Positions 36,771 to 47,583 of a DNA stretch of 64,000 bases are shown piece by piece. This DNA comes from Acholeplasmataceae bacterium. GTDB taxonomy: Bacteria > Bacillota_I > Bacilli_A > Acholeplasmatales > Acholeplasmataceae. Below the pieces are notes generated by a model. That model was not told the origin of the DNA and did no database searches. It saw only the letters and a program-made list of their open reading frames with translations. Each line of letters starts with the position of its first letter. The first letter of the stretch is position 1. Where the stretch lies: assembly GCA_963675245.1 (NCBI GenBank), contig OY775910.1, forward strand, positions 832,001 to 896,000. The letters run 5' to 3'. Made by a program: the position numbers and the translations under genes.

Positions 36771-39401
36771 ATGGCTGTAGTAAAACCGTTTAAGGCATTA
36801 CGCCCACGAAAGGATTTAGTTGAACGTGTCGCTTCATTACCATATGACGTGATGGACCGAAATGAAGCAAAAGTGATGGCGAAAGGAAATCCATATAGTT
36901 TTTTACATATCATCAGATCAGAAATAGATTTTCCATCATCCATGGATCCATATGATAAAAAAGTATATAAAAAAGCACAAACAAATTTAAAGATTTTTGA
37001 AGATGATGGCATCTTGGTACAAGATGACAAACCAATGATTTATATTTATAGACAAGTGATGGATGGTAATCCACAAACAGGTTTTGTTGCAAGCACGAGT
37101 GTAGATGATTATGTCAACAATATAATCAAAAAACATGAGCTTACATTATTAAGTAAAGAAAAAGATAGATTCAATCATTTTGATCGATGCGATGCGAATA
37201 CCGCACCTATCTTTTTAACCTATCGCGATCAAGAAAAACTCAACGAAATTCTTGAAACATGGACAACGAATCATGAACCAGAATTTGATATCGTTACTGA
37301 TGATAATGTGGGTCATGCCGTATGGAAGATAGATGATGATAGTGTCATTAATGACATTCAAGAACAATTTAAGCAAGTCAATAGTTTATATATTGCTGAT
37401 GGGCATCATAGAACAGCATCAGTTTCAAAAGTCGCTCAAAAAAGACGCACTGAAATTCCTAATTATACAGGCGATGAAGAATTTAATTTCTTCATGAGTG
37501 TCATTTTTCCAGAATCCACTTTAAATATAAAACCATATAATCGTGTGATACACGATCTTGGTGGATTAACAGATAAAGAATTCATGGATAAGATGAGCAA
37601 ACTCTTTACGATTGAACCAAGTGTTGCGCCATACATGCCAATTAAAAAGCATACATTTGGCATGTATTTTCATGAACAATGGTACCAATTAACATTGAAG
37701 AAAAGCGTGATTAAATCAGATAATATATTGGACAATATTGATGCTGCTATTTTAGAAGAAGAAGTGATTGGTGATATTTTAGGTATTAGAAATTTAGAAG
37801 TTAGTTCACGGATTAGTTTTATTGGTGGAAATCTTAGATTAAAAGGACTTAAAGAGAAGACAGATGCATGTGATGGTGTTGGATTCTCAATGTATCCTGT
37901 AACCATGTCTGAGATTATGGACGTTGCTGATTCTGGTCTGATTATGCCAGCTAAATCAACATGGTTTGAACCAAAACTATTAAGTGGACTCTTTGTACAT
38001 AAATTTGATAGTTATGCATTATCAACCGAAATAGATGGAAAGATCTCAACACAAACTAAAGAATATATTAACAGAGTACTAAATAAGATTCGCGAAAAAG
38101 ATGGTGATCAAAAAGAATTCATCCAAGCCGTCACAGAAGTATTTCATTCTTTAGGACCTGTGTTAGAACAACATCCAGAATATATTGAAAACAATATATT
38201 AGAACGTATCGTTGAACCGGAACGAGTTATTCAATTTAGAGTACCATGGGTAGATGATGATGGTAATGTACAAGTAAATAGAGGATTCCGTGTTCAGTTT
38301 AATGGTGCAATTGGACCATATAAAGGTGGTTTACGATTCCATCCTAGTGTGAACTTAGGCGTTGTTAAGTTCCTTGGCTTTGAACAAATCTTTAAGAACA
38401 GTTTAACAGGACTACCTATCGGTGGTGGTAAAGGGGGCAGTGACTTTAATCCACTTGGCAAAAGTGATCAAGAGATTAGACGTTTCTCCGAGTCCTTCAT
38501 GACAGAACTTTATCGCCACATTGGACCTGAGGTGGATGTGCCTGCTGGAGATATTGGTGTAGGTGCACGTGAAATTGGGTATTTATTTGGTCAGTATAGA
38601 AGAATCCGTGGAGCATTTGAAAATGGTGTTTTAACTGGAAAGGGATTTGATTTTGGTGGATCTCTCATTCGTCCTGAGGCAACTGGTTATGGGGCTACAT
38701 ATTATGCTTATCAAATGCTTAAACAAGATGATTTAGATTTCAAAAATAAAACTGTTGCTGTGAGTGGTTTTGGTAATGTGGCATGGGGTGTATGTAAAAA
38801 GGTTCGAGATTTGGGTGGTAAAGTTGTTACTTTAAGTGGACCGGAAGGTTATATCTATGATCCAGATGGTGTCACCACACAAGAGAAAATTGATTTCATG
38901 AGAGACATACGTTTAAACACCAGAGGCAAGATTGAAGATTATGCGATCAAGTATAATGTGCAATTTTTTCCAGGTAAAAAGCCTTGGGAAAGAAAAGTGG
39001 ATATTATTATGCCTTGTGCAACGCAAAATGAAATCCTCCTTTCTGATGCGAAACAGATTATTAAAAATGGTGTGAAGTATATTATTGAAGGGGCAAATAT
39101 GCCAATCACGAGTGAAGCGATTAAACTACTTCAGGATGCTGGTGTAATCATCGGTCCTGGTAAAGCAGCGAATGCTGGAGGGGTTGCTACAAGCGTATTA
39201 GAAATGACTCAAAACAGTACACACACAAGTTGGACAGCTGAAGAAGTTGATGAAAAACTTAGAAGCATCATGAAGAATATTTATAACAGTTGTGTCAGAG
39301 CAAGTAGTCGTTATAGTTTCGGTTATGACTTAATATCTGGCGCGAATATCGCAGGTTTTGTTAAAGTCGCTGACGCGATGATTGCGCAAGGCATCTATTA
39401 A
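36771..39401 (+). CDS. DUF1015-domain / glutamate dehydrogenase fusion
   Basis: N-terminal ~410 aa with PYDV, KKHELT, YIADGHHR, KSTWFEPK; C-terminal GdhA with GPYKGGLRFHP, GGGKGG, DVPAGD, RPEATGYG, GFGNV, EGANMP. Confidence 0.88.
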   Translation: MAVVKPFKALRPRKDLVERVASLPYDVMDRNEAKVMAKGNPYSFLHIIRSEIDFPSSMDPYDKKVYKKAQTNLKIFEDDGILVQDDKPMIYIYRQVMDGNPQTGFVASTSVDDYVNNIIKKHELTLLSKEKDRFNHFDRCDANTAPIFLTYRDQEKLNEILETWTTNHEPEFDIVTDDNVGHAVWKIDDDSVINDIQEQFKQVNSLYIADGHHRTASVSKVAQKRRTEIPNYTGDEEFNFFMSVIFPESTLNIKPYNRVIHDLGGLTDKEFMDKMSKLFTIEPSVAPYMPIKKHTFGMYFHEQWYQLTLKKSVIKSDNILDNIDAAILEEEVIGDILGIRNLEVSSRISFIGGNLRLKGLKEKTDACDGVGFSMYPVTMSEIMDVADSGLIMPAKSTWFEPKLLSGLFVHKFDSYALSTEIDGKISTQTKEYINRVLNKIREKDGDQKEFIQAVTEVFHSLGPVLEQHPEYIENNILERIVEPERVIQFRVPWVDDDGNVQVNRGFRVQFNGAIGPYKGGLRFHPSVNLGVVKFLGFEQIFKNSLTGLPIGGGKGGSDFNPLGKSDQEIRRFSESFMTELYRHIGPEVDVPAGDIGVGAREIGYLFGQYRRIRGAFENGVLTGKGFDFGGSLIRPEATGYGATYYAYQMLKQDDLDFKNKTVAVSGFGNVAWGVCKKVRDLGGKVVTLSGPEGYIYDPDGVTTQEKIDFMRDIRLNTRGKIEDYAIKYNVQFFPGKKPWERKVDIIMPCATQNEILLSDAKQIIKNGVKYIIEGANMPITSEAIKLLQDAGVIIGPGKAANAGGVATSVLEMTQNSTHTSWTAEEVDEKLRSIMKNIYNSCVRASSRYSFGYDLISGANIAGFVKVADAMIAQGIY

Positions 39402-39419
39402 TCAAATGGATTCGATATA

Positions 39420-39446
39420 GAGGATTCCTAAAGGAATCCTTTTTTT
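39420..39446 (+). terminator. Intrinsic terminator
   Basis: AGGATTCC-taaa-GGAATCCT followed by a T tract. Confidence 0.8.
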
Positions 39447-39472
39447 CGATTTTAATGTCTATTTTTCATAAA

Positions 39473-39501
39473 TGATTGAAATTGATTGAAAATGATTGAA
39501 A
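39473..39501. promoter_or_regulatory. Three phased TGATTGAAA repeats (putative operator)
   Basis: Copies at 39473, 39483 and 39493; TTGACA at 39544 downstream. Confidence 0.55.
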
Positions 39502-39647
39502 AGATGCAAAAAATAGATTATAAAGCATCGTAACAATCATATATTGACATATAAAAACATAGAATGATATATTTAAGTCAATAAGTTAAATATGGTTAAT
39601 AGTCAATATACATCATAGATTCAGTTTGAATAGAGGGAGATTCTAAT

Positions 39648-41120
39648 ATGAATTATCTAGGAATTGATATTGGATCCACAAATGTTAAGTGTCGGTTATC
39701 AGATGATAATCATGTCATTTTATATACGTCAGAAAAAACGTGCCAAATGATTGAAATCGATCAGCAGATGTATGTTGATATCGAAAAAATATATATTGAA
39801 ATTGAGCAAATGATTTTAGAAGCGAGCAATTTATCAGCTATAGATGCAATCAGTGTCTCATCATTTGGCGAGTCTTTTGTACTGCTTGATGAGGATGACC
39901 AAATCATAATGCATCCTATGATATATACAGATAACAGAGGTTTAGAAGAAGCACGAGAAGTGAAAAGAGATATAGATATTGCCCATCTCTATAATATTAC
40001 GGGAACAACACCTCAAAGTCTATATTCAATTTACAAACTTCTATGGTTTAAAAAGAATCATCCAAGTGAATATAATAAAGTCGTCAAATTTATGCAGATT
40101 GGTGACTATATTAATTATCGACTAACAGGTAAACACGTGACAGATTATTCACTTGCATCTCGTAGCGGTATTTTTGATTTAACAAAAAAAGAATTTTCAA
40201 AGACTTTACTGGATAAACTAAATATTAACATAGATATTTTTCCAAATCCATTGCAAACAGGATCTATCATCGGAGTAGTGCATACATCGTTGCTTGATCA
40301 ATGTCAAGTTGTTGTAGGTGGACATGATCAGGTAATGGCTGCGATTGGTTCTGGTGCTATTCATCATCATGCAGCTGTAGATGGAATGGGTACAGTTGAG
40401 TGCTTAACACCAATTTTTAGACATAAAGTTGAAGATATAAGTATGGGATTGAAAGGGTATGTTAATGTACCTTTCTTTGATGATTATTGCACATATATGT
40501 TTAACTACACTGGAGGCTCATTAGTTCAATGGGCAAAGAAGAATATATTTAACCAACAATTGACTGAGAAGGAAATGGAAGTGTTAACCATTAAACACAA
40601 TCATTTTCAACCAACAAAACTTCTGACATTACCTTATTTTTCTGGTGCCGCAACACCCAATCAAAATATAAATGCTAAGGGCAGCATCATTAACTTGACT
40701 TCAAAAACAACATCTTATGACATATATCAATCCATTTTAGAAGGATTAGCATTCGAAATGAAGTATAATTTAGAGATTGCGAAACATTACGGCATTAAAA
40801 TAGATAAGATCATTGCTTCTGGTGGTGGATCTAACTCTAGACTATGGCTACAAATTAAAGCAGATGTATTTAATCAAAAGATATATCCACTTGAAGATAA
40901 TGAAAGTGGGATTACGGGGGCCATCATTTTATGTGCTGTCGCACTTAAAAAATACAAAGACTTGGGAGAAGCTGTTGAGCAATTTGTGAAATATAAAGAA
41001 ACTGTTCAGCCAAATAATGATCATATTAAGGCATATGAGAAACAATATCAAAAATACATTAAGCTTTATGATACATTGCAACAATTTAGTTTAGAAGAGG
41101 AGGAAAATCATGTCACATAA
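39648..41120 (+). CDS. FGGY-family sugar kinase
   Basis: GIDIGSTNVK, TDYSLASRSG, GGHDQ, ASGGGS..WLQIKAD. Confidence 0.9.
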   Translation: MNYLGIDIGSTNVKCRLSDDNHVILYTSEKTCQMIEIDQQMYVDIEKIYIEIEQMILEASNLSAIDAISVSSFGESFVLLDEDDQIIMHPMIYTDNRGLEEAREVKRDIDIAHLYNITGTTPQSLYSIYKLLWFKKNHPSEYNKVVKFMQIGDYINYRLTGKHVTDYSLASRSGIFDLTKKEFSKTLLDKLNINIDIFPNPLQTGSIIGVVHTSLLDQCQVVVGGHDQVMAAIGSGAIHHHAAVDGMGTVECLTPIFRHKVEDISMGLKGYVNVPFFDDYCTYMFNYTGGSLVQWAKKNIFNQQLTEKEMEVLTIKHNHFQPTKLLTLPYFSGAATPNQNINAKGSIINLTSKTTSYDIYQSILEGLAFEMKYNLEIAKHYGIKIDKIIASGGGSNSRLWLQIKADVFNQKIYPLEDNESGITGAIILCAVALKKYKDLGEAVEQFVKYKETVQPNNDHIKAYEKQYQKYIKLYDTLQQFSLEEEENHVT

Positions 41121-42072
41121 TTTATATGTCACAGATTTAAGTGTATTGTGTCATGCTGAAAAAATTAAATTTACTGAGGGTAAAGCTGAAGGTATGAACT
41201 TTATCCACATGTATAATGGATCCTTGAATCTAATGATTTCTGTTGATCGTGCATTAGATATATACAGTGCTGACTTCAGAGGAAAGAATGTTGTGTTTAA
41301 ATCGAAAAATGGCATTGTTAATCCAAAATTATCTTCTCAAGCAATTGGATTTATCAATGATTTTGGTGGAGGATTATTATATACTTGTGGCCTTGATAAT
41401 ATTGGTGGGCCTAGAGATGGTTATATACAACATGGAAGTTTAGCATATTTACCAGCAGAACACGTTAATATAACAAAAGGATTTGATGAACATAAAAAGT
41501 TTTTTGTTAGCGTTGAAGGTGAGATTAAATATACGTCATTATTTGGGCACCACTTAGTATTAAAAAGATCGATTAAATTATTTTTTAATCAATCAAGCAT
41601 TTTCATTGAAGATCAAATAGAAAACCTTAATCATGAAGATGATCAATATATGTTAATGTATCATTTCAATTTTGGATATCCATTTATCAATGAACACACA
41701 AAACTTTACTTTAGCAATATTAGTAAAACTGATGTATTTAATCAAAATAAAAAAAGAACATACAGTGATTTTCACAGATTAGAGAAACCTATTGTCAATT
41801 ATCCGGAAGAGGTATTTATTCATGAGTTTGATAATACATCTACAAAGATAGATATTATAAATCAAGAAGATAGCGTATCACTTCATTTTGATAATGAGAG
41901 ATTGAAATATATGACACAGTGGAAAAGTATGGCTTCTGGTGATTATGCTTTAGGTATTGAACCAGCAACAACTAAATTATCAGAAAGAGCATATACGCCA
42001 ATTAAAGCGTTTGATAACCATGTATATAAGTTAGAATTAACATTTAAAAATAAGGAGAATACACATGAATAA
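41110..42072 (+). CDS. Aldose-1-epimerase-like (DUF4432) protein
   Basis: GGLLYTCGL, HG, MYHFNFGYP, GDYALGIEP. Confidence 0.78.
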   Translation: MSHNLYVTDLSVLCHAEKIKFTEGKAEGMNFIHMYNGSLNLMISVDRALDIYSADFRGKNVVFKSKNGIVNPKLSSQAIGFINDFGGGLLYTCGLDNIGGPRDGYIQHGSLAYLPAEHVNITKGFDEHKKFFVSVEGEIKYTSLFGHHLVLKRSIKLFFNQSSIFIEDQIENLNHEDDQYMLMYHFNFGYPFINEHTKLYFSNISKTDVFNQNKKRTYSDFHRLEKPIVNYPEEVFIHEFDNTSTKIDIINQEDSVSLHFDNERLKYMTQWKSMASGDYALGIEPATTKLSERAYTPIKAFDNHVYKLELTFKNKENTHE

Positions 42073-43462
42073 ACTTTACTTTATTGTAGGAACACAAGGA
42101 TTATATGGCGAAGACGTATTAAAACAAGTCTATAAAGATGGTGCTGAAATTGCTGCTTTCTTGAATAAATCATTAGGACAATTTGTTGAAGTAGCATATC
42201 AAGGTTATGTGAAAAGTAGTGAAGAAGTTGAGGCGGCTTGTGTGAAAGCCAGTGTCGATTCATCATGTAGTGGAGTTATTACATGGATGCATACGTTCTC
42301 ACCTGCTAAGACGTGGATAAAAGGACTTCAAAAACTACAAAAGCCACTTTGTCATTTACATACACAATTCAATGAACGTTTACCATATGATTCTATCGAT
42401 ATGGATTTCATGAACCTCAATCAAGCGGCACATGGAGGAAGAGAATTTGAATTTATCCTAACACGTTTAAATATACCTAGACACGTTGTTGTTGGATATT
42501 ATAAAAAACAACCAGTCATTAATGAATTGAAACGATTTGCAAGAGTCGCTAATGGTATTCATTTCTCAAGACAATTAAAAGTTGCTATGTTTGGTAATAA
42601 TATGAGAGAAGTTGCAGTTACTGATGGTGATCGTGTCGAGAGTCAAATTAAATTTGGTTGGGAAGTAAACTATTTTGCAGTTGGTGATTTAGTTACGATC
42701 ATTAATCAATTAAGAGATGACGAAATTGAAAAAAGATATCAAGAAGTCATCACTGCGTATACGATAAAAACAAATGATGTTCATGCAGTGAAAGAACAAG
42801 TGAAGTATGAACTAGCATTTGAGAAATTCTTAGAAATTAATAATATTGGTGCCATTACCGATACATTCCAAGATTTATATGGCATGGATCAATTACCAGG
42901 AATGGCTGCTCAACGAATTATGGATAAAGGTTATGGCTTTGCACCTGAAGGGGATTATAAAACAAGTGCATTGTCAGCAGTAATGCAAAAAATGGCAGAA
43001 AACATGAATGGTGCAACAGGATTTTTAGAAGATTATACATATGATTTAATTGAGGGTGATGAGACAGTCTTAGCAGCTCACATGTTAGAGGTCCCACCAT
43101 CATTTGCAGCAACAAAACCTACGATTGAAGTTCATCCACTTGGAATTGGTGATAAAAACCCACCGGCTAGACTTGTGTTTGACGGTATTACAGGTCCTGG
43201 TGTTGCCGTATGTATGATTGATCTAGGTGATCGCTTTAGAATAGTAAGTGCAGAAATTGAGCTCATTAAACAAATAGCTGCAATGCCAAACTTACCTGTT
43301 GCTAGAGTGATGTGGAAAGTAAAACCAGACTTTGAAAAAGGTGTTAAAGGTTGGTTGAATGCAGGTGGTGGTCATCACGTTGTTGTATCAACTGCATTAG
43401 ACCGTAAGGATATTGAATTGTTTGCCAAATTGACACAAACAGAAATCGTAAGTATTTATTAG
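42065..43462 (+). CDS. araA: L-arabinose isomerase
   Basis: WMHTFSPAK, MNLNQAAHGGRE, NMREVAVTDGD, EGDYK, EDYTY, HMLEV, GGHH. Confidence 0.92.
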   Translation: MNKLYFIVGTQGLYGEDVLKQVYKDGAEIAAFLNKSLGQFVEVAYQGYVKSSEEVEAACVKASVDSSCSGVITWMHTFSPAKTWIKGLQKLQKPLCHLHTQFNERLPYDSIDMDFMNLNQAAHGGREFEFILTRLNIPRHVVVGYYKKQPVINELKRFARVANGIHFSRQLKVAMFGNNMREVAVTDGDRVESQIKFGWEVNYFAVGDLVTIINQLRDDEIEKRYQEVITAYTIKTNDVHAVKEQVKYELAFEKFLEINNIGAITDTFQDLYGMDQLPGMAAQRIMDKGYGFAPEGDYKTSALSAVMQKMAENMNGATGFLEDYTYDLIEGDETVLAAHMLEVPPSFAATKPTIEVHPLGIGDKNPPARLVFDGITGPGVAVCMIDLGDRFRIVSAEIELIKQIAAMPNLPVARVMWKVKPDFEKGVKGWLNAGGGHHVVVSTALDRKDIELFAKLTQTEIVSIY

Positions 43463-43475
43463 AAGGGAAAACAAC

Positions 43476-44330
43476 ATGTTAGTAAACTTAAAAGACATAT
43501 TAAAGTATGCTGAAGATAATAAATGTGCAATTGCTGCTTTGAATGCTCCTACACTTGAAATGGCAATTGCTACCATTGAAGCAGCAGAAGAGTTAAATAA
43601 ACCAGTGATCATCATGCATGCTCAAATCCATGAAGATTTAGGCTACATTAAAATTGAACAAATTGCACCTATTCTCGTTGCATTTGCTAAGAATAGTTCT
43701 GTACCAGTATGTGTGCATCTTGATCATGGTGAAGATAAGGATTACGTATTTAAAGCAATTGAACTAGGTTTTTCATCTGTGATGTTTGATGCATCATTAA
43801 AACCATTTGAAGAAAACATCTTAGAAACAAAACAAGTTGTTGAATTTGCACATGCAAAAAATGTATCTGTGGAAGCAGAACTTGGTAGTATGCCAAATAA
43901 TCGTGGTGAATCAGATGATGAGTATATTCCTGAAGCTGCTGATTACTATACTAACCCAGATGAAGCGATTGAATTTATTGACAAAACAGGCATAGATGCA
44001 TTAGCTGTTTCATATGGATCAGTACATGGTGTATATAAAAGTGAACCCAATTTAGATATCAATGTGGTTAAAGAAATTAAAAAGAGAACTGATGTTCCAC
44101 TTGTATTACATGGTGCATCTGGCTTGTCAGTAAAAGATTTTAATGAATCAATTGATGCAGGTATCAGAAAAATTAATTACTTCACTTCAATGTCGTTTGA
44201 AGGTAGCAGGGCGATAAGAAATAAGTTGGCTTCATCGGATGAAGATGTTCATTTTCAAAAGTTAGCTATAATTGCAACTGTGGCGATGAAAGAAGATGCC
44301 AAGAGAGTAATTGGTATTTTCACAAAATAA
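43476..44330 (+). CDS. Class II ketose-bisphosphate aldolase
   Basis: HLDHG, SVMFDAS, VEAELG, GSVHG, LVLHGASG, KINY. Confidence 0.9.
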   Translation: MLVNLKDILKYAEDNKCAIAALNAPTLEMAIATIEAAEELNKPVIIMHAQIHEDLGYIKIEQIAPILVAFAKNSSVPVCVHLDHGEDKDYVFKAIELGFSSVMFDASLKPFEENILETKQVVEFAHAKNVSVEAELGSMPNNRGESDDEYIPEAADYYTNPDEAIEFIDKTGIDALAVSYGSVHGVYKSEPNLDINVVKEIKKRTDVPLVLHGASGLSVKDFNESIDAGIRKINYFTSMSFEGSRAIRNKLASSDEDVHFQKLAIIATVAMKEDAKRVIGIFTK

Positions 44331-44458
44331 ACAAATATATTATAACGTTCTGGTTTAATTATTAAATCAGACGTTTTAATATACTGACGTACTTTATTAT
44401 GATACACGTATAGTGTAAAATAGACATAAGAGAAAAGGATTTATAAGCGTGATATATT

Positions 44459-46723
44459 ATGAACTTTGTCTTTTCATCGTTATATAGAAAAACTAAAAAT
44501 ATTAATGTGGCATTTCAAAATGAAGCGCCACTACAAAAAGGTATATATAAAATTAAGTTAGCTGCGAGAAATACATATCGTGTCTTTTTGAATGACGTCT
44601 TAATTCACTATGGCCCATCAAGGAGTGCACACGGTTACTTACAAGAAGATCAATTGCTGATTCATGCAGATCGAATTAAAAATTATATCACCATAGAGGT
44701 TGTTGGACACAATATAAACAGCTACTATTTTGTTGATGAAGAACCCTTGTTTGGTATTGAGATTTATCTGAATGAACAATTATTACTGCATACGAATAAT
44801 TTTCAATGTTATTTGTTGAACGATCGAACAACCAAAATTCAACGTTATTCTTTTCAAAGAGATTTTGCTGAAAGTTATGTTCAAAAAGTAGACAGGTCGA
44901 TCTTTTATTTAGGGAATCATAATATGTTTCCTAGGTTAGATGTTATGTCATGTGAAGCGCCAAAAGTAATCGCTAGACAAACACCCTATCCCGATTTGAC
45001 ACATATTGAAACGTTAAGCAGTGTAGAGTCTGGGCAATTTATATTAGATACAACGTTACCGATATGGACCGATCGAGCGATTGAAAACATTAGTGAGACA
45101 TTTAAAGGATATGAAAAACAGGAGTTTGATATACGTCTAAGTGATGATATCAGTCGTATCGTTTATCAATCTTCAGAAGGATATTTGTGTAAGTCACTAA
45201 GTAATTATCAATATCAAATATATGATGCAACGCGCACATTGACAGGATTTATTAAATTATCGTTAACTGTCTTAGAACATACGATATTTTATGTGACGTT
45301 TGATGAAGTGGATTATAAAGAAAGTTCACGTAAACATACAGATGGTATTCATATTGATTTTTCTAGGAATAGCTGTTCGAATATTTTGAGATATGAACTC
45401 GCTGCTGGACAGTACGAGATAATTTCATTTGAGCCATATAGTCTTAGATATTTAAATATGATTGTATTTGACGGAAAGCTAGATGTATCGTCTGTACAAT
45501 TTGTTCGCTATGAGAATCAAGAAATATATAAATTATCTGTTCAAACAGCAGATGAAGATATCAATAACATAGTGAAAGCATCCCAACATACGCTTGCACA
45601 AAATGCAGTTGATGTTTTGACTGATTGTCCATCTAGAGAAAGGGCTGGTTGGTTATGTGATGCTTGGTTTTCTGCACGCGCCGAACAACTCATGACCGGT
45701 CATAACACCATTGAACAAAATTTCTTATGGAATTATGCCGTTTCACCACAAAGTGAGTATTTACCAAAAGGTATGATTCCCATGAATTATCCTGCAGATC
45801 ATACAGATGGTATTTTTATTCCTAACTGGTCATTATGGTATGGTATTGAATTATATGATTATTTTTTAAGAACAAGTGATGAAAAGCTTGTGAAGGAATC
45901 TAGATCAAAAATAGAGGGGTTAATTCAGTATTTTAAAGCTTTTGAAAATAGTATTGGGCTATTAGAGGATTTGGAAAGTTGGGTATTTATTGAATGGAGT
46001 AAAGCAAACGAATTTATCTCAGGTGTGAACATACCATCAAATATGATATACGCTCACTTCTTTGAATGTGTTGGTAAACTTTATCACGAATCATCTTATT
46101 TAGATAAGGCACTGCAAATCAAGCATACTATTCGCCAAGTCAGTTTCAATGGTACGTTTTTTGAGGATCAATTAATCAGAGATGAACATCAAGCACTTAA
46201 ACAAACGCATCATATTAGTGAAACATGTCAATATTATGCATTTTTCACTGGAGTTGCTACAAATAAAACACATAAACATTTATTTAACATGTTAATTAAT
46301 GAGTTTGGTTATCATCGTGATGAGAAGAACGTACATCCCAATGTTTACAAATCAAATGCATTTATAGGAAATTATCTAAGATTAGAAATGTTGAGACGTC
46401 ATTACAAAACAGAACAATTATTAAAAGAATGTAAAGATTATTTTTTATATATGGCAAATAGAACAGGGACATTATGGGAGCATAGTTATGTTTACGGCAG
46501 TCTTAATCACGGTTTTGCATCTTATGCTGCCAATTTAATTGTTTCATCACTAACAGGATTGAGTGGCTATAATGCGAAACAGAGAACCATTAAATATCAA
46601 AATCCAACCATAAAGTTGGATTTTGATATAATCATACCTTTCGGAGAAGGGATACGTGTTCATCAAAAAGATGGCAATATCACATATCGTATACCAGAAG
46701 ATATAGAAGTGGTTAAAGACTAA
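44459..46723 (+). CDS. GH78-like (alpha-L-rhamnosidase-related) glycoside hydrolase
   Basis: TDCPSRERAGWLCD; GTLWE...SLNHG. Confidence 0.75.
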   Translation: MNFVFSSLYRKTKNINVAFQNEAPLQKGIYKIKLAARNTYRVFLNDVLIHYGPSRSAHGYLQEDQLLIHADRIKNYITIEVVGHNINSYYFVDEEPLFGIEIYLNEQLLLHTNNFQCYLLNDRTTKIQRYSFQRDFAESYVQKVDRSIFYLGNHNMFPRLDVMSCEAPKVIARQTPYPDLTHIETLSSVESGQFILDTTLPIWTDRAIENISETFKGYEKQEFDIRLSDDISRIVYQSSEGYLCKSLSNYQYQIYDATRTLTGFIKLSLTVLEHTIFYVTFDEVDYKESSRKHTDGIHIDFSRNSCSNILRYELAAGQYEIISFEPYSLRYLNMIVFDGKLDVSSVQFVRYENQEIYKLSVQTADEDINNIVKASQHTLAQNAVDVLTDCPSRERAGWLCDAWFSARAEQLMTGHNTIEQNFLWNYAVSPQSEYLPKGMIPMNYPADHTDGIFIPNWSLWYGIELYDYFLRTSDEKLVKESRSKIEGLIQYFKAFENSIGLLEDLESWVFIEWSKANEFISGVNIPSNMIYAHFFECVGKLYHESSYLDKALQIKHTIRQVSFNGTFFEDQLIRDEHQALKQTHHISETCQYYAFFTGVATNKTHKHLFNMLINEFGYHRDEKNVHPNVYKSNAFIGNYLRLEMLRRHYKTEQLLKECKDYFLYMANRTGTLWEHSYVYGSLNHGFASYAANLIVSSLTGLSGYNAKQRTIKYQNPTIKLDFDIIIPFGEGIRVHQKDGNITYRIPEDIEVVKD

Positions 46724-47583
46724 CGATCCGATTGTTCCTTCATATATTGTTTTGGTGTGACCAATGTATATCGCTTAAATTCTTTCGAGAAATAAAAGGG
46801 ACTAGAATAACCAACAGTTTCAGCAATTTTGGTAATGCTGAACTGTTTTGTTTTTAACATAATAAAGGCTTTACGCATCCGCAAGGATATGATATATTTA
46901 GACATATTAACACCCATTACTTCTTTAAATTTTCGTGATAAATATGAAGAATTCATATAAAATATTTCACTGATTGAATTTAAAGACAAAGAGGGTTCAC
47001 CGATATGCTCATCGATGTAATCGATAATGGATTTCATGCGTGATTCAGCATCAGTATAAGGCTTAGAAGTATTGATGTCATGCTCATGAATTAGTAGACT
47101 GAATATATAAAGTAAATGAGATAACACATTCAAAGTAGAATGAATTTTTGAGTCTCTAGCATCTTCAAGCATATCTGAAAATGCTTTGATGTATTTTCTA
47201 GGGTTCTGTAACGTATATACTGGGTTATCAACAGTAATGTTTGCGTGATCACATAAGTGTTTAGCACCTAAACCATTAAATTCAACCCACATATATTGCC
47301 AAGGATCGTTTTTATCTGGATAATAAGAAATTTTCTCAGAAGGTATAATCATGAACATTTGATTTGCTTTAACAACGTATTTTTTTTCACCAACGTTAAA
47401 ATAGCCTCGGCCTTTGATAACGATATGCAATGTGTAGATTGATCGACTGACTGGACCTATCGTTTCTTTTGTCGGGCTACATTTTTCATAACCCACAATC
47501 ATTGGCACGATGTTAAGAGGAATTCTATCATCGAGATAGCGAAAAAATATATTGTTCGATTTAAAGGAGTATTCTTTGCTCAT
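46720..47583 (-). CDS. AraC-family transcriptional regulator
   Basis: N-terminal cupin; YLSRKFK and IAETVGYSSPFYFSKEFK HTH. Confidence 0.93.
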   Translation of the reverse strand: MSKEYSFKSNNIFFRYLDDRIPLNIVPMIVGYEKCSPTKETIGPVSRSIYTLHIVIKGRGYFNVGEKKYVVKANQMFMIIPSEKISYYPDKNDPWQYMWVEFNGLGAKHLCDHANITVDNPVYTLQNPRKYIKAFSDMLEDARDSKIHSTLNVLSHLLYIFSLLIHEHDINTSKPYTDAESRMKSIIDYIDEHIGEPSLSLNSISEIFYMNSSYLSRKFKEVMGVNMSKYIISLRMRKAFIMLKTKQFSITKIAETVGYSSPFYFSKEFKRYTLVTPKQYMKEQSDR

